The notes beneath the pieces are model-generated. The model saw nothing but the letters and a program-made list of their open reading frames with translations. It ran no database searches and was not told the origin of the DNA. Source: Phallusia mammillata (taxonomy: Eukaryota). Taken from it: a DNA stretch of 64,000 bases. Made by a program: the position numbers and the translations under genes. Below, in pieces: positions 12,082 to 23,003 of this stretch. The stretch lies in NCBI GenBank assembly GCA_965637545.1, contig OZ281501.1:11842001-11906000 (forward strand), in the 5' to 3' direction. Each line of letters starts with the position of its first letter. Position 1 is the stretch's first letter.

Positions 12082-15000
12082 ATGAGGTTATGGGAAAACA
12101 AAAGGTTTCTAAAAAAGTTGCTGGTACTGACTGGAGCTGCATTGATTGTCTGTATCATGTTTCAGGTACTGAAAACGGGGATTCGCAAATAGTGGGTCGC
12201 GACCCAAATTCCCGGCGGATGGCTGGGTCGCTAAATTAAATGTTTTCATGCAACGACACATTGTAGTCGTGTCCGGAACAAAGGTTTAATAAGGAGGTTT
12301 ATGCGCTAACAATCGGAAAGTTACGTTCCGGCTAGGACGCTGGTAGCAGTTTCTTGCTAAGTGGTGACTGCACTAAGTGCAACATATCAAACTGTTTTTG
12401 CATTTGAACAATGTAAAAGTGTTAAAAACGTGTAATGTTGTGTTGCTTAGATCCACCAAACACGTAATAGTTTGTCAAAAACATTAGATCGATGTAAATC
12501 GAGTTATGTTATTAGGGTAATTTGTTACTTGCCAGGCACAATTTATGCCTTCTGCAGTTACCACCTTAAGTACATTCGTGACTTTGCGCAACTTAACAGT
12601 AGGATTACCGCTTCAGCAAGAGATTTAGTTCTTTAGAAATTGGACCCTGTTTTTTTAAGCAACGATTTTGATTACCTGACAGTCACGCTTATTTTGCAGC
12701 TGCAGTTTGGCTGAGTAAGCTAGATAGCAGCGGCGAAATCTGAAAACTACAACGCCTTTGCTAAAATTACCTGTTCTTCCTGTCAATTAGATGGGTAGAG
12801 AAACCGCCAATTTTGGAAAAAAGTGCTTTGCCGCATAACGCGTCGTTTTGAACGACGTGTGACGTCATTAGGGATTTCCCCCAAAAAATTGTTGGACCCC
12901 CCTTTAAAAATTTCTGGATACGCCCCTGCACAAAGGGAATCTGTTTTTTTCATCACGTTACATAGTGATTTTGATGCGTGTTAACTATTGGATGCCAGCA
13001 AAGCATTAGATTTGTACTGAAAATTTAGCTTGTCATAATTCGAAGGTAAAAGAAATAAGAATAAATAACAAGGAACATATCGTTTTCAGGTAAAGAAAAT
13101 ACATGATGATAACAAAAAAGGAGACACGAAACAATTATTTACTGCACATGAACAACACAATGACGAGAAAGATGTGAAAACGTTTAGTACAAAAATGGAT
13201 ACAAAAGGTTCTTATATAAGTACCAATACAAAGTACATTCGCCACACTGAAGTCCAAGCCAAACATTCCTATTATGTTATGATTATGCTGTAACAAAGGG
13301 AGAGAACGCACTGTAGTCAGGATATGGTGTTCTTAAAGCACTTAAGGTTATGATCATTTTTTTAATAATTTATTGTCACATGTTTGATGCAGCTGACACT
13401 GTTTGTAGATACAAAGGAAGCAAAAGAAGAACACCGACAAGTTTCAAACAATGTTCGTTCTGGCCCGTGGCCGTCAAAGATGTTTTCAGGCCTTGGCGTG
13501 AAACATTTTTCCAAGTTGAATATTGTATGTAATTAGATAATTCAGCAAAACACTGATTGTAAAAGAATTTGTGTTCATGCTTTGCAGACGCAACCTCACA
13601 TCAAATCTTCAAGATATTTACTTCCTCTTTTGTTTTTTGACATGGGACCAAACAACCTTTACCGGCTGTTTAGACAGGGTGTAGTCACTGCTTATGAAAT
13701 GGGAAGAACAATCGTAGTACCGGTTTTCCACAGGTAATAAAGCACTGGATTTATAAGTTTACCAGTAACCACTAAATATTACCACTAACTACGAATCGTT
13801 ACAAAAGCTTAACATATAGTAAGGAAAACCGTTAGAGAGTTTATTCACATAAAACATATTGCGCGGCAAAACGAAATGGATTACTATATTCTGTCTCACC
13901 CTACCAAAAGAAAGGGCAAACAAAGAAAAATTAGGGCATTATATACTATAGCTTTACATCATTAATATTGTTTGCTGCACAATCTCCAGACATCCTCGAA
14001 TGGGCGATCGAGCAGAAAATCCATTTGATGTTCAGATTTACGACCAAAATTACACAGTTGACCTTGTGTGGTCACCCAACGAAACAATAGACACTGATGC
14101 TCTGATGGAGGTAATATAAATAAACCAAAAACCTTTTTACATGTGTTTCACTTATTTTGTAACTGTTGGAAAGCGCTTGAACTAATAATGTAAGACGCAA
14201 TGGCTGTTTTGTTTGTGGTTGAAAAAGCTGTGTTAATTTATTCATTTTATTGTCTCTGACCAGTATCTTTTAATCTGTCTAAGGTTTTGGGCGTAATATC
14301 GATGAAAGAGTTCCACAAGAACTGCAACGGTCGTTTGGACGCGTTGGTTCAATGCGGATACCTAAAGGAGAGACGGGTCAGAGAATTTGCCAATTTTCAA
14401 CGAGCGGCTAATTTAATGGTACGTTTCAACTTTCTCAATTGCTTGATCGTTAAGTGCAAAAACCTACAAACACCAAAAACAGTGTACCTAGGCAGTGGTG
14501 GGATTCAATTTTTTTGTCAGCCGGTTCTATCGCAAAAGTCATATTTTTCAGCCGGTTCTGTTACAAAAAGTCCATTGACAGTAACCAGTAATGCTTACCG
14601 GTTCGCTGATCTCATAAAATTTCGTGAGACGGTTCTATAGAACCGGTGCGAACGGGCTGAATCCCACCACTGTACCTAGGTAATACGGCATTCACATGCT
14701 AATGAGGACATGATATTTAGGTTTGCTAGTCACGGAGTAGTTACTGACATAGTTCTCAGATATTTTCCTTACAAATCTGTAATGACCGTAACAGTTTTAA
14801 AATGAAACTTTATGACAAGGAAATTGAAGAGTTACACATAATTGCGCACTGGTGGGCTCACTTCATTGTCACTGTATCACGACAATAAAATGTATGGTAA
14901 TGTGTTTAATGGTCATATCAGCTCTCTATATTTATTGCTTATAGCAGTAGTTCTCAAACTGTGCGTCGCGACGCCCTGGTGAGTCGTTTCAAATTTTCAA

Positions 15001-17401
15001 GGGCGTCGCAGAATAGTTCCCTTTCGTGGCTTTTGTTGTTGTATCAATAAACACAACTTTAATAATAAGTTTTCTCATTAACTTTTATTTGCTGGTGCGT
15101 CGCAAGTCCAGAAAAACTTGTCCAGGGGCGTCGCAATAAAAAAAGGTTTGAGAACCACTGGTCTATAGGCAACTGTGCAGTCTATAAAAGATGGCCAACC
15201 ATAGATTTTCTGAGCATGGCAGAAAAGCACACTTTTACGCAACAAAATAACGCTGTTGCAGTTATTAGTGCAATACTGGCACATACAAAATAATATTTTT
15301 AGTAAAAATGTAAAATAAAAAAAATAAAAAATAAAAAAAAATGAATTTTTTTGAAAGATTTACTTTTAATTTAATTTAAACTAAAAAAAATTTAGGCCAA
15401 CAAATTGCTCTTTTATAATGCAAGTAATTGTAAAATTACATTTACATGATGTGTCACAACTTATACCAGCAGATTGACAAAACGATTACAATTGATTCTT
15501 ACGAAAAACTGGTTACAAATGACTTGAACGCCGGAACAATAGGACCTGACAATTATAAATGTCTTGGCATATTGTACGGAAAAGGATGTCTGCCGGACGT
15601 GGACAGATGGCTTGGAACTTTTTCAAAAATAGCCAAGTCGTTTTTAAGGTGCATTACTTAAGTTAGTTTAATTAGTTTCTTATTTACTAACAAATTATTT
15701 GTCGTAACGTGGAAATGGGTCAAAGCAATTGCGAAACAGTTCAATACCAATTACCAAAATAAACATCTAAATTTAATGTGAATTCTTTGTTATTTTGCTG
15801 AGTTGTGGTTAACATACTTTACTTAACTTCCCTAACAAGAGTTGTAGGCGGGGCTGTTATTGGGGCCCGAACCAGAAAGTACAAACCCGAAATCCTTCTT
15901 AAACCCGATTATTATTATTTTTTTTTAAAACGAAGCAGGCCCTAAAGCCGTTGAAAAAGGGCCAAGAGTAATGCCGATGGTAAAGTCATGCATAAATCAC
16001 GCCCGTTTTGTTGAAACTCGAACCCGAACCCGGCAGGAATTACAACTTTTCTCCAAGCTGTTATTAGCGGTTTTAAAATCCCTGTCCTTCATCCATATAT
16101 ATAGGGAATCTGATATTATGCTGTCTTGTTGCAGACCCATGCCATGTCGAAATTTTGCTTCACGCTTTATCGAAAATGTTATGGGTGGAGAACCATACAT
16201 GGCTGTTCATTGGAGGTTCGATACGGACTGGCTGGATATGTGAGTTTAGCAGTTTAACATGTCTGGTAGCAAAAATCTCAAAAGCGAATCAGTGCTGACT
16301 TGCAAAATCAAAAACGCAAATTCGCAACAACGTTTTTCCTCAAACTTATGTTGACTTTTTTAATTTTAAGGGTTACTTTAAAATGTGAGCAATAATTAGG
16401 AAAGTGGAGTAATATTAATGGATGTTATAATGTATGAAAATCATTTGGACAAATCTCGTAGTAAAGTCGGTTGCTGGCTATAGTTTGAAAGTTTATTTGC
16501 ATGAAACTTGAAGTTAAGAGAAATTCAATATCGGTATGGTTCTAATAAACTAAACTTGGCTTTTTCCAAGGTGCAAACACACAAGACCATCAGTTTCCCG
16601 GAAGAACAATAAAGAGATCTGCCGGTTTGTAATAAGCCTAATGTACGATGAGGACACTCAACATAGATTTATCGGAACGATTCGAAGCAAGATGGCCGAA
16701 TATAAGTTAAAGCAAGTATTTCTGGCTACTCCACCAAATGTATGTAGGATGCTTTATTCGTGCGTAAACAGGTAAAATGCACATTGCCCTACTTTCAGAA
16801 TTTGGACCTCATAAGATTAATGAGAAAAAATTTCCCGGGAAAATTCTACTACAGCGACGACTTAGTTCAATACGGAAGAGAGGCGGAAGGCGAAACTTTC
16901 TGGACAAACAACTACAGTGGTTCTTTAATAGAGCAAGAAATATGTTTTAGTGAGTCCTAATTATGTTTTTGATACTTGTGTCGCACCTTTAAATGAAATA
17001 AATGTAAAGTTGTAATCAAAACATTGCGGCATTATGGTAAATAAAAGGCGTTGTAAAAAACGTATTTTTGGTGTTTTCTTTTTTTTACACAAGTTTTTGT
17101 ATCGCATGAATAAAATGATTAAACAGTGTTCTGGGAATACTTTTTGTGCAGTGCGTGGTGTACACATATACATATTTTTCTTTGCGTCGGGTGCACAGGA
17201 GTGCAAAAATAACTTCCTAAATTTACAATAACCCTATGTAAACGAATTTGTGTATTTTTAGGGTCCACTATATTTATCGGTTCTTCTCTCTCATCGTGGA
17301 CGCAAACGGTTCTGACTGATCGCTTGGCTCGAGGAATAAAACGTCACGACAGTGTTCTACATGCACTGGGGGGAGGTAGGACCACCATTAGATTAGATTA
17401 G
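12082..17401 (+). CDS. O-fucosyltransferase-family (O-FucT, POFUT-like GT-B) type II membrane glycosyltransferase, 11 coding exons
   Basis: Exons 12082-12165 (signal anchor MRLWENKRFLKKLLVLTGAALIVCIMFQ), 13090-~13270 (3' end uncertain), 13393-13524, 13588-13733, 13990-14110, 14284-14418, 15470-15648, 16135-16239, 16571-16739, 16799-16949, 17262-17401. Phases are consistent from exon 3 onward. Family motifs: YLLP..GPNN..RTIVVPVFH, PYMAVHWR, VFLAT, EQEICFRSTIFIGSSLSSWT. Confidence 0.85.
14493..14672. mobile_element. hAT-type MITE (same family as 45252-45424, opposite orientation)
   Basis: TIRs CAGTGGTGGGATTCA / TGAATCCCACCACTG. Perfect TSD TACCTAGG (14485-14492, 14673-14680). Internal CCGGTT repeats. 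Confidence 0.92.
14945..15160. mobile_element. hAT-type MITE
   Basis: TIRs CAGTAGTTCTCAAAC / GTTTGAGAACCACTG. Degenerate TSD GCTTATAG / GTCTATAG. Confidence 0.8.
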
Positions 17402-19132
17402 GATTATAAAACAGTTTTCAAATTCGAACATATATAAGCGTGAATTAGTGATCCTTCATTTTCAAAAATTTCAATCTCATGGAAATCCGTAAATGTCGAA
17501 AATGCCAATTTCTAACAGGAATTAAAATAATGTGTTTACACACGTACTTATCTACATATTAGTTCAAATGTAGGCAACGTGTGTTTTTTTCCTTTTAGGA
17601 GAAACACTTTTTCCGTCACTTGAATTTCAATTTCCTGAAGGAAAAAAAACACAAATAAAGCAAACAAAATTTTGAGAAACAAAGCAACGTTTGGGCATGA
17701 TGTCAAATGGATGCTGCATGCAATGCTCAAACGACCAGTAAACTGAAAATGAGACATCGTGAACGAACGTTTACTTTCACCCAATGGTTGTTAGAAAAAA
17801 CGTTGGTAACACAATCCTCTTTTGCGCATTTTGTTTTGGAAATAATTTTTGTTTGGTTTGGTTTCATGAATGTTTCTCGATCCTTTTCTGTTTTCTGGGG
17901 TCGAAAATTGGAACGGTTATGACCAAAAAGCAAAAACTAAAGTTTGGACGATTTAAGCTGGACGTTACACACTATAGTCCACAAGTGGAAGTCAATTTCA
18001 GTGCAAACTGTTACTTTTCTGTTTCAATCACTTCAATCACAATTTTTGGTGCAAAACGTTTATGGCGCAGCACTCCTTTTTGGTATCAGGCGACAATCGG
18101 AGCATATAGATGTGTTGAAGCCATCTAAAGCAAAGGTAGCAAAAGTATTTTGTGAATGGAAAGCGAAGCAAGCTGTAGACCAGCTCGGAGTTGTTTGAGA
18201 CAATTTAACGCAATAATGCGACTTGGCAGTTCATTTAGATACCGAAACAAGACTCCCCAAAGTTTTCGCTTTCCTTTAGTCTATAAGCATGTGCTTGCTG
18301 TGATAGTCTGAAAAGTCATTCGAGTTTGATCTGTGCTATATTAATTCTCCTACTAAGCACATCACCCTGAGCAAATGCCTGTTTACTTTATTGTTAGGAT
18401 ATTCTTAGTAGATTGCACAATTAAACGGCATTCTCTCTTAGAATATTTAGAAATCATGTTCCCTTTTTCAATTTCTAAAGCAAACCCTGTATTTGTTGTG
18501 TAAATTGTACATGAAAGCACATCCCATACCATCAGAACACTGCCTTATATAAAGAGTTATGAGTTACTGATAGCGTGAAATATTAGACCAGGTTTATAAC
18601 TGACTACCACCAACGTTTTGTTTGCACTCCCATAAGAGTACAGGCTGGGTTTTCGTGTTTGGGGGTACTGAGTTTTCAGTTTGTTTCCCTTTTTCCAATT
18701 AAATGTTGGTAGCTTTTTTCTAACTTAGAGTTTCCGAAAATATAAACTGTTCTGCACAACTGTATTCGTAAAATCGTGTTGCACAAATGTACACAAAAAG
18801 GTACAGAACATCTATATAAAGTGCAGGATATATGGTATAACAACAAAAACGTTATAGTACAATACAAATAGAACAGCACGTTGACCGGCACACAGATATT
18901 AAACATGTAAGTAAACTGCTTAAACCAAATTAAATGTAAAACCCTAATTATCATGAGATTTCAGTCACAATTTCCAAAGTACAATTGCAAGTTGTTTATG
19001 TTAAATTCAATTAAAAGCATTCGTAAAACTACAAACCGTTTTAAAAGGCATAGTAAAATCACAAAATACATGTTACACAATTATCACCGCACGAATATGT
19101 ACAGTACAGGATTTGTCCACAGTAGGAAAATA

Positions 19133-20653
19133 CTACTTGGACCCTTGGGCAGGTTGCATGGCTTCCAGGACTCGAGATATGTCACAGTTGTAAGTTTTCA
19201 GAAGATTTGTAAGCCACCCCCCATGATCATTGAAGCCCATGTCCATCAACTGTGATAAGGCAGCTTTCAATCCCCCATCTTAAAAGAAATGCATTTACAA
19301 ATATTGAAAAGAAAAACTTTTGCTAAAAACACCAAACAAACATTTATATATACCTTCATCTGTTTCCATTTTGTCTTCCCCGGTACTTTCTAAAAAATGA
19401 ATAATGTACACTTGTAAACATATACCAACAAATGAGGGTTGAGGTTCTTTATGATTGAACTTTTAATACAACAAAATAAAATAAATAAAAAACACAAAAA
19501 CTACCTTTGGTTTCGTCTTCTGATTTGGCTCCATCTTTCTTTAAAAATGTCCAGTCGGTTTCATCAGGGCTGTCTCTTGACTTGTCTTGTGCTGTGTCTA
19601 CACAAAAAAATACGTCACAAATACAATCAATGACTTCAGATACTATTTAAGTAAAAATTATTAAACTCAGAATTGCAAAACTACATTGGGATTCCATGTT
19701 TACCTTGTTTTTGACCTTGATCACTTGTTTCAGGTTTTTGACTTCCCGGGCATTTTTCCTGTTTGCCCTTATGTTCAACGTTTATGTCCACATCAATGCC
19801 AAATGGCTGAAGAAAATCGGCTACAGCATTCCCCATGTGCTTGAGATAGCTGTCAGCTAAACAATAAATTCAAATGTAATGTTTCAAGTAGTTGAATGGT
19901 CATTGCACAGTTTGGTTTAAAATTAACAAGCATTGTACACAAAATTTCTGTTACAAAATGTTACCTGCAAACTGTCCTTGAGATTGCTGTTGGCTTGATG
20001 AACCACATCCTGTGGACTCTTGTGACTTTTCTTCCGGCTTTTTTTCCTGTCCCTCAGAGGGAGACTGAAAAAACGGAAATGGTGGAGGTTGAAACCTTGG
20101 TCCAAAATGACCATATGGTGGTGGAGCCATCCAGGGTCCAAAAGGTCCTTGAAAACCAGGACCACAGTTTCTGCGTCGGCCACAGCGGGGCCCTCTTGAC
20201 TCTTGTGCATCACCATCGGACTGGCTAGATCCGTTTTGCTAAAATTTCAAAACAAATTCTGTTTGAACGACAAAAATTAAGTTTTGCTTACAACCACACT
20301 GAAATTTTTTATAAACATACCTTTATGTACAAACGGAATACATCAGTGTTTAGTTGCCCAAGTGCTTGAATCAATTCCTCATCTGAGTTGAACCAAATGA
20401 GATCACCATCAGTGTCACGCCATTGCAATGCAAAGTTGTCCTCACCAAGGTTTGGAAATACAGTGGCAACCTGTTAACATATGATTTGGTTATTAAACAA
20501 AAAATGATAAATTACAAAATGTGTACAAGCACACACCTTTCTTCTTAAATAATCATAGCTACTGGAAACGTCCTGGTCCACAGCAAACCTTCGAATTTCC
20601 TTTGGTCGGCCAGGTTTGTCCTCATACAAGAATGCTTTGAATTGAAGTGACAT
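19133..20653 (-). CDS. SQSTM1: Sequestosome-1 / p62 autophagy receptor, 7 coding exons, 322 aa, no ZZ domain
   Basis: Exons 20653-20537, 20470-20321, 20238-19965, 19856-19704, 19597-19505, 19389-19354, 19278-19133 sum to 969 nt in phase. PB1 (MSLQFKAFL..EIRRF..WRDTDGDLIWFNSDEEL), conserved YLKHMGNAVADFLQPFGIDVDINVEH segment, LIR (DETDWTFL), UBA (LSQLMDMGFNDHGGWLTNLL). Confidence 0.95.
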
Positions 20654-20971
20654 GTCTTATTTCAAAGTAACAGAATATACTCTTTTAGTTCTTAAATACA
20701 ATTTCTAATATTATCAAAATAAGTTTGAGAGATTGCAAATCTGAGAGATTGTCCAACTTCAAAATAGTTCCCTGAATTCTCTTGCAAACACAGTAAAAGC
20801 GGAATGATCAAACCTGTTCGGACATACGTATATGTAGCCAATCGTGTGTTTCTAGAATATTCTAGCTGCTGGTTGACGACGTGAAAAGACAAAATTGGGC
20901 TTAGTGACACGCCATCTTGCGTGATTTTGAAAAAATGAAAAAGTTGCACCACCGTCTGTTATTGTTTTGTT

Positions 20972-21000
20972 GTGACTCAGCCATTTTGAGGTCACATGAC
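20972..21000 (-). promoter_or_regulatory. Putative SQSTM1 proximal promoter module: M-box/CLEAR-like E-box, YY1 site and ARE/AP-1 site
   Basis: Minus strand reads GTCATGTGAC-CTC-AAAATGGCTGAGTCAC. A candidate 5'-UTR splice donor GTATGT begins at 20827. Motif match only. Confidence 0.55.
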
Positions 21001-21950
21001 TGTTTCAGGGGGTTCCCCTTTGTTAAATTTACTGTTTTTTTTGAAATGGCAGAATAAAAATGTTTTATCTTTGGATGGAAATAAAAAAACAAGAGTTAGC
21101 ATGAATACATTTCTGATAAAAAAATTACAGAATTATTGTGTAACAAATGTTGGTTTTCAAACATAATTTAAAAAGTTTCATAAAATTCGCATGAAAAAAT
21201 ATTGCCACAACATATAATAAGGTTTAAATTCCCAATCTTGATAAAGCAGATACGTATTTAACGTACACATTTTAGAAACCTTCGACAAACGATCCAAAAA
21301 TCATTAATAATAGGATTGTTTAAAGCTGAAGTACACACATAAGTATCTGCTAATTTGCATGGCAAATGAAACATTTATCAAGTAACCCCTGTCATGGCGC
21401 ACCAAACTGTTGTTTTGGTCTGTTTCCCATCTGAGTAATAACATTACTAAAAACAGGACAACATGCGGATTGGTCATTTTACCTATTAAATTAGCCACAA
21501 GAGGCGATGTTGAGCGGGGTCACGTATACATGTACATTTGGACAAAAGCAACGCGTCGTGTTGACAAAAGCTTTCCTTCACAAAAAAACATGGAGTTAGA
21601 TTTGCGAGTGGGGCTTTGTCCAACGCGGTATGCTGACGTAAACCCTCAAAGCAACTTTAAATTGTAATCGAGAACGCTGGCTTGGTGTCGAGTACATCGG
21701 GTAGGGCTCTTCGCCTTTTCGTGTCGCGGAAATAGGGAGAAAGAAGGCTCCCGCGAGCGAAGTGAGAGTGGAAATAACTTGAGCCTCCGCTGTCAGCATC
21801 ATACTCATTCCAGGTCGGTCAGTCTTGTACAAATAAAACACAGACAGTGTTGTTTCATTGCTGATGAATAGGTCTTGCTGTATCTTATAGACTGGTGGTG
21901 CGTGGTAACAGGTAATAGTGTGACTACAAAAGTGTAACATAAAGTCAAAG

Positions 21951-23003
21951 ATGAACGACAGTACAGGACAACTGGAGTTGGCAGATAGCGACGAAGACAG
22001 CAACAACACGAACGTTTCGTATTCTGGAAATGACACTGCTTTCAAAAGACTTTGGATCCGTGATGAAGTGTTCGCAAGTCTACTAACTTGTATCGCAGCG
22101 TATTTGGTAATCAGCCTCAGTGTTTATGAATACCGCCGCTCCTCTGTAATGCGTGAAAAATGTAACAAGGAAAATCGAAGAAAGAAATCCTTTTGCAAAC
22201 GTTTGGAATTATTTTTGACCAAGGGTAAACTGTGTCTTATAGCCGCAGTTTCAATCATGTTACGATGCTTTGGCGAACAGATTGAGCTACGCTTAGGTCA
22301 AACGTCGGACGTTGCATGCATGCTATACCAGCACTTGTATGTGGTCAACTACCAAATACCGCTGCTCTCCCTGTATTTGCTGCTATGGGCACGGCAGCGA
22401 AAAATGTACAGGCATCGGACACTGCGACACTTAACATCTTCCAAATTGCGCTTCCTCAGTGGGACTGTCATCGTTGGCATCTTCGCATCGTCTGCCATTA
22501 CTGTCTTCGTATACTTTTACAGCTTCAGGCTCGTCAGTTCAGAACAGGGCTGTGTTTACTATTTCACCGACGCCCAAGAGCCTTCCTCGGGCACCCCGGG
22601 TCTGATGATGTTCGCAAGCGCGTGTCTATTCCAGTTTATCCTCATGGGACTGTTGGTTTATCCACTGGTGCGTCATTACCACATTGCATTGTGCTGCACT
22701 CGAGTTTCGCAGCAGCACATTAACACGCACAACGTGAAGCGAACAGTCATGCGGATCGCAATATGCGCGACCGTATGTGTGCTGTCGGACTTCGTCGTCG
22801 CTACCACGATGGCAGCTATTCACGACAACCACAGTCCTATTATGTTTTGGGCAAACGTTTACAGCCTTAACCTTATTATAAACCTTATTGCGGTCACGTG
22901 CTCCTTCATCGACTGCCGGCGCCGATTCTTTTCGTGCTATGAGATGAGCTACGAGGTGGTTATGGCCGCAAACCAACACACTGTTCTCAGCACCACTGTG
23001 TGA
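21951..23003 (+). CDS. Intronless orphan 7TM GPCR-like protein, 350 aa (paralog A)
   Basis: Single long ORF with seven hydrophobic segments, N-terminal N-glycosylation sequons (NDS, NNT, NVS, NDT), and a Cys at the top of TM3 (VACMLY) and in ECL2 (QGCVY). Clearly homologous to 34870-35901. Confidence 0.88.
   Translation: MNDSTGQLELADSDEDSNNTNVSYSGNDTAFKRLWIRDEVFASLLTCIAAYLVISLSVYEYRRSSVMREKCNKENRRKKSFCKRLELFLTKGKLCLIAAVSIMLRCFGEQIELRLGQTSDVACMLYQHLYVVNYQIPLLSLYLLLWARQRKMYRHRTLRHLTSSKLRFLSGTVIVGIFASSAITVFVYFYSFRLVSSEQGCVYYFTDAQEPSSGTPGLMMFASACLFQFILMGLLVYPLVRHYHIALCCTRVSQQHINTHNVKRTVMRIAICATVCVLSDFVVATTMAAIHDNHSPIMFWANVYSLNLIINLIAVTCSFIDCRRRFFSCYEMSYEVVMAANQHTVLSTTV

Noticed and set aside
17500-18300. 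Cluster of short overlapping ORFs after the fucosyltransferase gene
   Set aside because: No motif, terminal repeats or coherent exon structure. Probably UTR, intergenic DNA or a very old repeat.
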